The translations under genes and the position numbers were made by a program. DNA of 64,000 nucleotides, taken from positions 1 to 64,000 of IMG/VR virus record IMGVR_UViG_3300019763_000006, one strand, 5' to 3'. This document shows positions 18,810 through 29,267 of this stretch, one piece after another. The notes beneath the pieces were generated by a model that was given only the letters and a program-made list of their open reading frames with translations, did no database searches and was not told the DNA's origin. How positions within the stretch are numbered: the first letter of the stretch is position 1; the number at the start of each line of letters is the position of its first letter. The stretch is from a virus.

Positions 18810-20264
18810 ATGAAAGCGAGGGAGAGATTAATAATTATGGGAGCTAAAAAGAATAAAAAGTATAAAACTTTAATTCAGTTTACAGGTAATAATTATGACG
18901 ATGTAACAGGAAGTAGTACATTAGTAGATTATAGAAAAGATAGATTTTTAGTAGATTTTGGTTTTATACAACATTCTAATAAAAAAGACCAATATCTTAT
19001 GAATAAAAAATCAATGGGTTTTGGTGTAAAATCTCTTAAAAATGTTTTAATTACACATTTCGGTCATGTAGACCATGCAGGAATGTTGCCTGCTTTATTT
19101 AACAATGGATTTAATGGTAAAATTTATACTCCACCAAATTCAAAAGAATATGCAAAAATTACATTTAAAGATAATTTAAAAATTTTAAATAAAGATATAG
19201 AATATTTAAAAAAATCTTATAATAAAGATTATAAACCATTTTACGAGCAAGAAGATGTGGATAAAATGATTGACCATATTATAGAATGTGATTTTTATAA
19301 AGAATATAAAATTAGTGAATATACAACAATTAAATTTTTACCAAATTATCATATAATGAATAGTGCATCTATAATTGTGAATATAGAAGATAAGCCTAAA
19401 AACTATCATAAAACAATTGCTTTTACTGGAGATATAGGTAATATCTCTATACCTAATAAACCATTTTTAGATGGGTTTGAAGCGATTAAGAGATGTGATG
19501 TATTAATTCCTGAAACTACATATGCTATGAATAATAAGCATAACGGGATTAAAACTAGAGAAAAAGAAGAATTAAAAATTAGAGAAACAATTATAGAAAC
19601 TATAAAAAATAATGCAAGAATGATATTCTGTGTTTTTGCTAATCAACGCACAGAGGAGATTTTATATACTTTATACAAAAATAGAGATATTATAACCGTA
19701 CCAGTAGTTATTGATTCGCCTCTTGCAGTAAAATTATTAAAATTTTATAGTGAAACTATGACTGGCGAAAATAAAAAAATGATAGATGAAATAATTTCTT
19801 GGGATAAATTAACTCTAATAGAAGATTATAACAAATCTGTGGCATTTATGAATAGTAATCAATCAGCTTTAATTTGTGCTTGTAGTGGATTTTTATGTGC
19901 TGGAAGGGTATTGAATTATCTTAAAAAAGAATTACCAAAAAAGGATTCTTATGTTATTTTTACAGGATATAATGGTGGCGAGGGTAGTTTAGGATATAAG
20001 ATTATGAATAATTCTCAAGTTGAAATTGATAATCGTAAATATGGTAAAAAAGCTACACCAATACAATTAAAAAGTTTTTCAAGCCATATAAATCATAATT
20101 CAATGTTAAAATATTATTCAGAGATTGATTCAAGATTAATATTTTTAAACCATGGAGATAAAGAAAAACAATACCCATTTGCTGATTTATTACAAGAAAG
20201 ATTAGATAAAAAAGGTTATGGTAAAGTATTTATTCCACAAAGGAATGATACTTATTATATATAA
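18810..20264 (+). CDS. MBL-fold beta-CASP ribonuclease
   Basis: VTGS, DFG, THFGHVDHAG, H-IMNS, FTGDIG, ETTY, SGF-GR, FTGY, FSSH, HG motifs; likely start ATG 18837. Confidence 0.88.
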   Translation: MKARERLIIMGAKKNKKYKTLIQFTGNNYDDVTGSSTLVDYRKDRFLVDFGFIQHSNKKDQYLMNKKSMGFGVKSLKNVLITHFGHVDHAGMLPALFNNGFNGKIYTPPNSKEYAKITFKDNLKILNKDIEYLKKSYNKDYKPFYEQEDVDKMIDHIIECDFYKEYKISEYTTIKFLPNYHIMNSASIIVNIEDKPKNYHKTIAFTGDIGNISIPNKPFLDGFEAIKRCDVLIPETTYAMNNKHNGIKTREKEELKIRETIIETIKNNARMIFCVFANQRTEEILYTLYKNRDIITVPVVIDSPLAVKLLKFYSETMTGENKKMIDEIISWDKLTLIEDYNKSVAFMNSNQSALICACSGFLCAGRVLNYLKKELPKKDSYVIFTGYNGGEGSLGYKIMNNSQVEIDNRKYGKKATPIQLKSFSSHINHNSMLKYYSEIDSRLIFLNHGDKEKQYPFADLLQERLDKKGYGKVFIPQRNDTYYI

Positions 20265-20382
20265 TTATGTATAAATATACATTAAATATGCATTATAATA
20301 AATTAATCTGCATAAAACTGTAGATTAAAATGCAGATTATTTCAAATGAACGTGTAAACACAAGGAGAGAGGTGTTGAAAAA

Positions 20383-21561
20383 ATGGAATTTATAAAAGAA
20401 AAGAATGAACATGAATATCATTTTATATGGAGGGTGTATGATTATTTCAAATCAACTGGTAGTAGCCTAGCAGAAGCAGGAGAAATCTGTAACAGAGAAT
20501 TAAAGGTAGATTATGATGAGTCAAGGCATAGGAAGATTTATGAAAATTGGCTTAAAGTTCATAATGTTGTTATTGATGAATATACAGATACGGAAGAAAA
20601 TGAAATAATTAAACAAATTAAAAATACTGAAGATGAATTATATAAAATGAAAGTTAAAACAGCTGATAAATTAAGAGAATGGAGAAGTTGTTTAAGAGAT
20701 GATGCAAGGATAGAACATTTATTAGAATATATTATAGAGGCTTCTAAACATATAGAGCCAAATATTTATAATAATGTTAAACCGATTGAATTTGGTAGTA
20801 ATACAGGCATACTAAAAATTAGCGATTGGCATATCGGTAAAGATTTTAAAAATTATATTAATGAATATAATTCAAAAATCTCAAAACAAAGAATAGATAA
20901 ATTGATTGCTAAGACTTTAAAACATTGCAAGATGATGAATATAGGCGAATTGTATATTGCAAATATTGGAGATATTATAGATGGTTCTATTAGAGTAACT
21001 GCAAGGATTACGCAAGAAGAAGATTCTATAAATCAAGTTTTAAAAGCATACCAAATGATAAAATATTTAATTGAAGTTTTACATGATAGTGGATTAAAAA
21101 TAAGATATTTGTCAACTTTAGATAATCATTCAAGAGTTACATCAAATTGGAAAGAGCATATAGAAAAGGAAAATTTTGGAAAGCTAATTGATTATTTTTT
21201 GATTGAAAACTTATCTGACAAAGTAGATTTTATAGAAAATAAAATAGATGATAATATAGGTATGATTGAAATTAATGGAAAAGTACATGTGTTTGCACAT
21301 GGTCATTTAAAGGCACATAATATTTCATCTGTATTAAAAAATATGAGTACTGTGATTGGTAAGAGGGTAGATTATGTTCATTTAGGTCATTGGCATAGTG
21401 AAAAAGGAATTACAGATGCTTTTTCAAAGATTTATATCAACGGAAGTTTAGTTGGGGTTGATGAATTTGCATTTAATCAAGGATATTTTGCAAATCCTAG
21501 CCAATCAATATTTGTTTGTTCAGATAATGATAATATAAACATAGAAATGATTTTAAAATAA
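20383..21561 (+). CDS. Calcineurin-like metallophosphoesterase (YonJ-like)
   Basis: SDWH, GDIIDG, DNH, HGH, GHWH, NGSLVGVDEFA motifs. Confidence 0.85.
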   Translation: MEFIKEKNEHEYHFIWRVYDYFKSTGSSLAEAGEICNRELKVDYDESRHRKIYENWLKVHNVVIDEYTDTEENEIIKQIKNTEDELYKMKVKTADKLREWRSCLRDDARIEHLLEYIIEASKHIEPNIYNNVKPIEFGSNTGILKISDWHIGKDFKNYINEYNSKISKQRIDKLIAKTLKHCKMMNIGELYIANIGDIIDGSIRVTARITQEEDSINQVLKAYQMIKYLIEVLHDSGLKIRYLSTLDNHSRVTSNWKEHIEKENFGKLIDYFLIENLSDKVDFIENKIDDNIGMIEINGKVHVFAHGHLKAHNISSVLKNMSTVIGKRVDYVHLGHWHSEKGITDAFSKIYINGSLVGVDEFAFNQGYFANPSQSIFVCSDNDNINIEMILK

Positions 21562-21590
21562 AAATAAAATATCATAAAGGAGAGAATGAT

Positions 21591-22187
21591 ATGGAGTTTG
21601 CAAATAATAAAGACATGATAATAGAAGAAATGAAATTAAAAATGGCTTTGCGAGATAGGATTGTAACATTATCTGAATCAATAGATAGTAATTCGATTTT
21701 TAAAGTAAAGTATTTAATTGAAAGAATTATAATGATAGATGCTGAGAATAAAATATCTTATAAAGATGCAAAACCAATAACTTTAAGAATAGATTCTACT
21801 GGTGGAGAAGTAGATGCTACAATGTATTTAGTGTCATATATAGAAGAATTGAAAGATAAGGGCATGATTATAAATACGGAAGCCTGTAGTGTATGTATGA
21901 GTGGTGGTTTTAAGTTATTAATAGTAGGAAGTAATAGGGTGTCACATAGATATTCTAATATTATGGTACATCAACCGCTTTCTTTTGAATATGGGTATAA
22001 AACATTTAAAGACCAAGAAATAGAATATAAGAGAACTAAATCTGTATGGGATAGATTGAAAAAATATATATGTAGATATACTAAAATAAAAGAAAGCCAG
22101 TTAAATAAATATGTTAAAGAAAATCAAGATTGGTATATGACACCAGAGAAAGCACTAGAACTTGGCGTAATAGATGAAATTCTATAA
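21591..22187 (+). CDS. clpP: ClpP-family protease
   Basis: IDSTGGEV, CMSGG (Ser), IMVHQP (His), DWYMTPEKALELGVIDEI. Confidence 0.85.
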   Translation: MEFANNKDMIIEEMKLKMALRDRIVTLSESIDSNSIFKVKYLIERIIMIDAENKISYKDAKPITLRIDSTGGEVDATMYLVSYIEELKDKGMIINTEACSVCMSGGFKLLIVGSNRVSHRYSNIMVHQPLSFEYGYKTFKDQEIEYKRTKSVWDRLKKYICRYTKIKESQLNKYVKENQDWYMTPEKALELGVIDEIL

Positions 22188-22204
22188 GTAAGGAGAGATA
22201 CTAT

Positions 22205-22567
22205 ATGGAAGATAATATTAAAAAAATAGAAGAACAAGAATTTGTAAATGTTGAAAATATGCAAGATATAAAAGAAGTTCTTGATAATGTTTCGTCATCT
22301 GAATTTGAATTTGTAAAAGATATTTGTAATATTGATGATAATGAATTAGAAAAAATTATGCATGAAGATGAATTTAAAAATGGTTTTAAAATTGGTATTG
22401 AATTAGCTGGGGTCTATACAGCATTATTAAATTTTGGAGTAGATATAAAAACTACTTCTGATGCGGTAATTAACTATCAAACATTAAAACATAATTTAGA
22501 ATTACAAAAAATTGTAAATGAAGGGGCAAAATATCAGAATGAAGTATTGAAAAGTCAAAGTTTATAA
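22205..22567 (+). CDS. Hypothetical late protein
   Basis: 120 aa, RBS AAGGAGAG. Confidence 0.7.
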   Translation: MEDNIKKIEEQEFVNVENMQDIKEVLDNVSSSEFEFVKDICNIDDNELEKIMHEDEFKNGFKIGIELAGVYTALLNFGVDIKTTSDAVINYQTLKHNLELQKIVNEGAKYQNEVLKSQSL

Positions 22568-22596
22568 TTTTTATTTATTTTTATATTTTTTAAATT

Positions 22597-22620
22597 TGGG
22601 GAGTTAATCCTCCCCATTTT
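22597..22620 (+). terminator. Rho-independent terminator
   Basis: TGGGGAG-TTAATC-CTCCCCA-TTTT. Confidence 0.7.
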
Positions 22621-22806
22621 ATTATAATATAAGTTTAATTAAAATGCAAATTTTATCGTTATTTTTAGGCTACTGATAGAGAACTCTCTCCGACATAGGT
22701 GAAAATCTATGTTTTCTCTTGATGTAGTCAGTAGTCTAAACATAATTATAAAATGTATTTATATACAATTATATTTATAAATATATAAAAAGGGAGAGGA
22801 TATTTA

Positions 22807-23817
22807 ATGCCACATGCATATGGAGCAAAAGCTGGAGAAAAAACTAAAGTTAAAGAATTAGAAAAATTAGGATACACAGTAATACCAGAAAATATGATAA
22901 GATGTGTGGAATGTGGTGGTATTTATAGTGTTGACCAACATAAATATTGGCAGAGCACTAGTTCTATTCATAAAAATAATAAAGCTTTAACAAAAGTAAA
23001 AATAGATGGTAAAAATGCAAGACAATTAAGAAGTTATATCCCATATTGTAAAACATGTTTACTTAAAGATTTTGATATAAATAATATGTCTGATGTGATT
23101 AATTTATTATATAGAATAGATATTCCATATAAATCTAATAAATGGAATACTATTATTAATAATTATAATAGTGGTAAAACAAAAACCATAGAAGGAGCAA
23201 TTGGGTGCTATAAAAAAGATATTGAATTAAATTATAAAGATGAAAGATTTTCCGATGGGGATAATACTGATATTGAAATAAAAATAGATGAAGAAGATAT
23301 TAAAGATGGTTCTTTTTTAAAGAAAAGAGAAAGAAAAGAAGCTATTGGAAGATGGGGTTTAAAATGGTCAGAGTTTGAATTAATGAAATTAGAAGAATTT
23401 TATCATAATATGATGACAGCAAATAAAATAGAGACACCTCAAGATATAGATTACTTAAAAAAATTAGCCAGACTTTCTGTAAAAATAGATTCTGCATTAG
23501 ATGATGATGAAGGTACTAAAGCAAAACAATTAGGCGATTTATATTCAAAATATATGAGTGATTCTAAATTTAGGGCACAAGATATGACTGATGCAGATAA
23601 ACAAGGTGGCATTAGAACCTTTTCACAAATATATAGTGAAGTTGAAAGTCCAGATTTTATACCTCCATGGGAAAAATATGCAAAAAAATTAAATATAAAG
23701 CAAGATATTATAGATAAAGTAATTATGCATATAGAAAATTTTACATTGAAATTTAATAGTGCTGAAAAAATGGTTGAACCTCCACGAGATACACCAAAAA
23801 TTGAAGAAGGTGATTAA
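22807..23817 (+). CDS. Putative terminase small subunit (YonG-like)
   Basis: CxxC...CxxC, RWG, position directly before large terminase. Confidence 0.55.
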   Translation: MPHAYGAKAGEKTKVKELEKLGYTVIPENMIRCVECGGIYSVDQHKYWQSTSSIHKNNKALTKVKIDGKNARQLRSYIPYCKTCLLKDFDINNMSDVINLLYRIDIPYKSNKWNTIINNYNSGKTKTIEGAIGCYKKDIELNYKDERFSDGDNTDIEIKIDEEDIKDGSFLKKRERKEAIGRWGLKWSEFELMKLEEFYHNMMTANKIETPQDIDYLKKLARLSVKIDSALDDDEGTKAKQLGDLYSKYMSDSKFRAQDMTDADKQGGIRTFSQIYSEVESPDFIPPWEKYAKKLNIKQDIIDKVIMHIENFTLKFNSAEKMVEPPRDTPKIEEGD

Positions 23818-25597
23818 CATAAGCAGTTTTTTAAATTATTCTAAAAAAAGTAGAGGAGTATTAGATAGCGATTATAATTTAAATCCTCAAAATAAAGAAT
23901 CTAGAAATACGAATAATAATCAAAAAGAGGGGTTTAATAAAGTTAGAGATAAATGGACTATGTTATGTAGTTATTTTAGAAGATATCCAGACCATTTTAT
24001 AGATTTTATACAGACAGATGACCCAAAAATTAATTTATTATTCTATCAAAGAATTTATTTGAGAATTATTTTTAGATATAGAAAAGTTTTTATAACCGCT
24101 ACAAGAGGTACATCAAAATCATTTACTATGAATTTAGCTTTTGTCTTATTATGCATTATGTATCCAAATAATAAATTATTTATAACCGCCCCAGGAAAGC
24201 AACAAGCTGCAAAAATTACACAAGAATGTTTAGATGATATTTTTGATTTTTTCCCATTATTAAGATTTGAGGTTAAAAAATATACAGATAATAAAGATTA
24301 TACGAAACTTGTATTTTATAACGGTAGTAAGTATGATGTAGTGCAGATGAAAGATTCATCAAGAGGTGGAAGAAGATTTGGTGGTGGAATTGAAGAAATT
24401 GCAGATAAAAAATTTGATGGAGATATATTAAATTCAGTTGTTATTCCTTTGATGGCTGGTAATAGATTATCTACTAAAAATGGTAAAATAGACCCAAATG
24501 AAATTCATAAGAGAGAAATATATATAACAACAGCTGGAACAAAACAACAGTTTGCATATGAAAAATGTTCAGAAATTATGACAGATATGCTTAATAGAAA
24601 ATCTAGCTTCTGTATAGGTAATTCATATGAACTTCCTGTGATGTTTGATAGGCTAGATGAAGACTTTATTGAAGAGAAAAGAGAATCTCCAACTTATAGT
24701 ATCTTAGATTTTATGAGGGAATACGAAAGTATATATACGGGTTCTAATTCAGATAGTTTAGTATCAGATGAGAAGTTAAGAAAGTCAAGAGTAGTAAAAT
24801 ATGCAGAATGGGAACATTGTGGAGATAAAGATGTAGACTATGTTTTAGCTTATGATGTATCAAGAAACCAAGGAGATGAAAATGCATTATGTGCTCTTGT
24901 GGTTATAAAAATAACAAGAGATGGAAATAAATATATTAAAGAAGTTGTGAATATTTTTTCATTAGAAGGTCAACATGATACTTGGCAAGCTAAATTTTTA
25001 AAAGATAAAGTAAGAGAATTTCAATCTAAAATTTTAGTAATAGATGCAAACGGATTAGGTTCTGGGGTGGTAGACCAATTGGTATTAGATTTAGATGATG
25101 GTAATCCTCCATATAAAGTAGTAAATGATAAAAAATTACAATGGAGAAAATATGAGTTGCCAGAAGGAATACCAATGGTATTCGCTTTAAAATCATCTAA
25201 TGTAGACACTAAAAATAGTGATATGATTAATCATTTTATGAAATTATTTAATAAATTAGACGTAGGATTATTAGTTTCTCCATATGAAGGATTAAAATAT
25301 CTAGAAAAAAAAAGAAAAAGAAAATTTTCAAAAGATGATAGTGAAGAACAAGTAATTGCGGAAATACCATATGTGAATACTAATAATTTAGTTGACGAAA
25401 TAATGAATTTAAGATACAAAGCTAAGGGTAACAATACAGAAGTTGAAAGAATATCTAGAAGTATACAGAAGGATAAATATTCTGCTTTATTGTATGGATT
25501 GTATTGGATATTTTTAGAAGAGCAAAAATTAAGAATTAGAAAATCAGCAGTTGATATATCTAAGTTTAAATCATGTGCCACTGCGGTTTCTTTTTAA
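23759..25597 (+). CDS. Terminase large subunit
   Basis: ATRGTSKSF Walker A variant, RGGR-IEE, ITTAG, nuclease LAYDVSR, IDANGLG, KDKYSA; true start probably near 23819. Confidence 0.9.
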   Translation: MLKKWLNLHEIHQKLKKVINISSFLNYSKKSRGVLDSDYNLNPQNKESRNTNNNQKEGFNKVRDKWTMLCSYFRRYPDHFIDFIQTDDPKINLLFYQRIYLRIIFRYRKVFITATRGTSKSFTMNLAFVLLCIMYPNNKLFITAPGKQQAAKITQECLDDIFDFFPLLRFEVKKYTDNKDYTKLVFYNGSKYDVVQMKDSSRGGRRFGGGIEEIADKKFDGDILNSVVIPLMAGNRLSTKNGKIDPNEIHKREIYITTAGTKQQFAYEKCSEIMTDMLNRKSSFCIGNSYELPVMFDRLDEDFIEEKRESPTYSILDFMREYESIYTGSNSDSLVSDEKLRKSRVVKYAEWEHCGDKDVDYVLAYDVSRNQGDENALCALVVIKITRDGNKYIKEVVNIFSLEGQHDTWQAKFLKDKVREFQSKILVIDANGLGSGVVDQLVLDLDDGNPPYKVVNDKKLQWRKYELPEGIPMVFALKSSNVDTKNSDMINHFMKLFNKLDVGLLVSPYEGLKYLEKKRKRKFSKDDSEEQVIAEIPYVNTNNLVDEIMNLRYKAKGNNTEVERISRSIQKDKYSALLYGLYWIFLEEQKLRIRKSAVDISKFKSCATAVSF

Positions 25598-25623
25598 AAA
25601 TATAAAAACGGGAGGAGAGAAAA

Positions 25624-27282
25624 ATGTCTGATAAAAAGAAAACAATTATAAATGAAAAGGAAGATTTTATTGTAGAAATAGTTGAAGATGTTAAAGATGA
25701 AGAGTCTATTTTAATAACCAGTTCGCAAGAAATGACAAATAGTTTATTAAAAAATGCTATTTCTAGCTATGCGGGCAATCAAAGAACATATTCTAAAAAT
25801 ATAGATGAATATTCTTTAATGCGTACAACTTTAACAGAATCTAAACTTGAAAGTTTGGCATTTTTACCTCAAGATAATTTATATAAAGTTCAAGAAATTA
25901 ATAGTTATGTTGATTTATATTTAAATAAAGATGATATTATTGGAAGAACCTATGAAATAATTGAAGCGAATACAAATGCAGACTATCAATTAAAATACCC
26001 AGAAGTTAAGAATAAAACCATCTTAAAAAAAGTACAGAATATAATTGATAATTTTAATAAACAAATAGAATTAGAAAAATTAATTATAGAAACAATCCCA
26101 TATGCGTACGCTAATGGCAATAGAATATTATATCTTAGAAAAACAAAATATGGAAAATATCAAGTAGAAAGATATCCTTTAGGTATGGTTCAAATTAGTT
26201 CGTATAAGATTAATAATGAGCCAATAGTATTATTTAATTTAACAAATTTATTACAAAGAATTACTGGAAGTGATTTAACGTTTTCACCATTGAATGGTAC
26301 TAGCTTAGATAATTATGATTTACAAATGTTTCCAAATATAGAAGATGAAATTAAAGAAAATTTTCCAAAAGAAGTATATAATGAATTTTTAAATAAAAAT
26401 TTAACGGTAGCTAAGCTAAATACAGATTTAACAGCGGTTATTAGAGTAAATAATAGAGGTAAAAAATATGGGGTGTCTCCAATTTTTAAAGCTCTTAATC
26501 CTGCTTTAAAATTAGAAGTGCAAGAAAAAAGTGATACTTCAAATTCTAAAGCAAGAGGTAAAAAGATTATTTTTCAAAAAATATCTGATAAATTATTAGG
26601 AGAGGATGGAAGTATAACCGATATTGCTCCTTCCGCATATTCACATAATGAGTTGATAAAGGCATGGGGAAATGAAGTTGTAGTTTATACTGGAGCTCCT
26701 TGGGTGGAATCTATTAGTTATGTTGAACCTAAAACAGATTTAGAACATTCTAATACATTAAATTATTATAAAACTAAAGTTTTATCTGCATTAGGAATAT
26801 CTTTTTTAAGTGGGGATTCAAAGTCTGGAATGGTAGTTTCGGAATTAAATTTTCAAGAATTACTAAGAATTATAGATAAGATTGGAAAACAATTATCTGA
26901 TAATATTGTAAAATGGTATAAATATATATTAAATGAAGCAGGGTTACCAGTAGAATATGCTCCTAATATAGAAGTATTAAATTCTGAATTATTAGAAATG
27001 AATCTAAGAATGCAATTAGCAGATAATTTATTTAATAAGTATGGCATGAGTTTTGAGTCAACATATCAGATGCTAGGAAAAGATTTTGAGTCAGAAAAGG
27101 AAAAAAGAATAAAAGAAAATGACGAAAAATTAGATAGTGATATTTTTTATGCTAGGCAAACCGCATTTACATTTAGTGCAAAGGGTGATGAAGATTATAA
27201 TAATTCACCTACAGATAATATAGATAATAAAGATAAACAAAACCAAACAATTAAAGATGAAGTTAATAAAGATAAAAAATAA
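25624..27282 (+). CDS. Portal protein
   Basis: 552 aa after terminase; YGVSPI motif; synteny. Confidence 0.8.
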   Translation: MSDKKKTIINEKEDFIVEIVEDVKDEESILITSSQEMTNSLLKNAISSYAGNQRTYSKNIDEYSLMRTTLTESKLESLAFLPQDNLYKVQEINSYVDLYLNKDDIIGRTYEIIEANTNADYQLKYPEVKNKTILKKVQNIIDNFNKQIELEKLIIETIPYAYANGNRILYLRKTKYGKYQVERYPLGMVQISSYKINNEPIVLFNLTNLLQRITGSDLTFSPLNGTSLDNYDLQMFPNIEDEIKENFPKEVYNEFLNKNLTVAKLNTDLTAVIRVNNRGKKYGVSPIFKALNPALKLEVQEKSDTSNSKARGKKIIFQKISDKLLGEDGSITDIAPSAYSHNELIKAWGNEVVVYTGAPWVESISYVEPKTDLEHSNTLNYYKTKVLSALGISFLSGDSKSGMVVSELNFQELLRIIDKIGKQLSDNIVKWYKYILNEAGLPVEYAPNIEVLNSELLEMNLRMQLADNLFNKYGMSFESTYQMLGKDFESEKEKRIKENDEKLDSDIFYARQTAFTFSAKGDEDYNNSPTDNIDNKDKQNQTIKDEVNKDKK

Positions 27283-27299
27283 TTATAGGAGGTATAAAA

Positions 27300-27481
27300 T
27301 GGATTATAAGATTTTATCATCAAATGATAATTCTTTTTCTTATTTGGCTACTATAAGTAAAACTCCATATATTATTAAAATTTCTACAAATGGAGAATTA
27401 ATAGATATTAAGCCTTATCAAGATAATAAATGTAAAACAACAATAACTTCTAATAAAAATAGAAGTATTGAGTTAGGCTAG
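27300..27481 (+). CDS. Small hypothetical protein
   Basis: Track ORF 27257-27481; ATG 27300 after AGGAGG is the more likely start. Confidence 0.5.
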
Positions 27482-27492
27482 GAGGTGAAATA

Positions 27493-28758
27493 TTGGATAA
27501 TAAGAAAGAATTAAGTTCAAGTAGAATAATACAGCTATCAGAAACTAATGATGGATTATACCTAGAATTAACAGGACAATTGTGTTATTTAGAAGATTAT
27601 AATTTAAATGGATTAAGACTTTTAAAAGGTGAGAATTTTGAAGAAAATTTAAAATCTTTAATTGACACTCCAGTTGTAGCAAAATATGTATGGAATGAAG
27701 ATAATGGTTCTGATTTTTCTGGACACGAAGCTTATAGAGATTGGTATACTGGAAATATTATGTTTGACACAGATGCTATAGGTGTACATCAAGATGTCTG
27801 GGTTGAAAACAAAGCTGTAAAACCAGTTTTTTCAGAAGAAGAAAAAGAATTACCTGTTATTATGTATAAAGCTAGAATATGGGCAGAAAGATTTCCAAAT
27901 TTTGCAAAAGTAATTAAAAAATTATATAGTGAAAATAATTTAGGTACTTCTTGGGAATTAATTCCAAATAAAATAACTGAAGAAACAAGTAATATTATAG
28001 GTATTACTAATCCTAGAAGTTCTGATGATTATGAATTTGTAGGGAATTGTTTATTAGGTTCTGATGTGATAGGTGCATACGAAGGGACGTCTAAAGTAAC
28101 TAATGTTGCGTCTGCAAATTTAGCACAGAAACAATTATCAGAAGCTTTAAATAAAGATTTGAAAAATAATTCAAAGAAAGAAAAAGAAATATCTCAAATT
28201 AAAGAAGGGAGCAAGGATATGGATAAAAAAATACAAGAATTAGAATCTAAACTTGCAGAAGCGGTTGCTAAACTACAGGAATATGAAGAAGCAGGTAAGG
28301 ATAAACAAATTTCAGAATTGGAAACTAAAGTTAAAGCTTTAGAAATTGAAAAATCTGAAACCGAAGAAAAATTTGTAAAAGCAACAGAAAATTTAGAAAC
28401 AGTTACTGCTGAACTAGAAGAATTAAAACCTTATAAAGCTCAAGTCGAGGCTATTAATTTAGAAAAAGCAGAGCATGAAAAGAAAGAAAAAATAATTGAA
28501 TTAACAGAGATGGTTAAAAAGGGTGGGTATATCACAGATAAAGATATTGAAACATCTGAAGAAATCAAAAAATTAATTCAAGATTGTAATGAAGATGCAT
28601 TAAAAGTTCTTAGAGCAGAAAAAATTATTGAAAAGCATGAATCAGAGCAATCACAACACGAAACAGAAACTTCAGAAGCAAAAACTAAATTACCAAAACA
28701 AGATTTTGCAGAGGAAACAAAAGTATCAAAAAATGCAATGGACACATTTTTAGTTTAA
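27493..28758 (+). CDS. Prohead protease-scaffold fusion
   Basis: N-terminal protease-like domain (FSGH, TSWE, GNCLLG) plus C-terminal acidic coiled coil; synteny. Confidence 0.8.
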   Translation: MDNKKELSSSRIIQLSETNDGLYLELTGQLCYLEDYNLNGLRLLKGENFEENLKSLIDTPVVAKYVWNEDNGSDFSGHEAYRDWYTGNIMFDTDAIGVHQDVWVENKAVKPVFSEEEKELPVIMYKARIWAERFPNFAKVIKKLYSENNLGTSWELIPNKITEETSNIIGITNPRSSDDYEFVGNCLLGSDVIGAYEGTSKVTNVASANLAQKQLSEALNKDLKNNSKKEKEISQIKEGSKDMDKKIQELESKLAEAVAKLQEYEEAGKDKQISELETKVKALEIEKSETEEKFVKATENLETVTAELEELKPYKAQVEAINLEKAEHEKKEKIIELTEMVKKGGYITDKDIETSEEIKKLIQDCNEDALKVLRAEKIIEKHESEQSQHETETSEAKTKLPKQDFAEETKVSKNAMDTFLV

Positions 28759-28775
28759 TAAGGAGGACTTAAGTT

Positions 28776-29240
28776 ATGTATAGACGATTAAAAGTAAATT
28801 CAGGAAAAAACAAAGATGCAACTTTTACAGCAGGTGAAGTTATGAAGAAAGGTATGTTTGTAGTTAAAGATTATGCAAATGGTGAAGTTAATCTTCCAGC
28901 AACTGCTACAGGTACAAATGTATTTATTGTAGATTTTGACCCAGATTATGTTGATTTTTTATCAGTTAGAACAAATGTTTCTGATTATGAAGATGTAATG
29001 AATGATATTGCAGACGGAGCAAAAGTAAGCTTGGAATTATTAGAAGTAGGAGAAGAATATGCAACAGACCAATTCGTGGCAACAGATATAGTAGTTGGTT
29101 CTGCTTTATCAGTAAATGATGCAGGTAAATTGGTTAAAAAAGCAACAGGTACATCTCCATTAGTAGCTACAGATATTGCTTATAACGATGCAGGACATAC
29201 TCTATTAGCATTTACTGTTACAGAGAATCCATTCGCATAA
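28776..29240 (+). CDS. Head decoration/cement protein
   Basis: 154 aa beta-rich protein between scaffold and MCP. Confidence 0.65.
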   Translation: MYRRLKVNSGKNKDATFTAGEVMKKGMFVVKDYANGEVNLPATATGTNVFIVDFDPDYVDFLSVRTNVSDYEDVMNDIADGAKVSLELLEVGEEYATDQFVATDIVVGSALSVNDAGKLVKKATGTSPLVATDIAYNDAGHTLLAFTVTENPFA

Positions 29241-29267
29241 TAAATAGAATAATAGGAGGAATAATAT

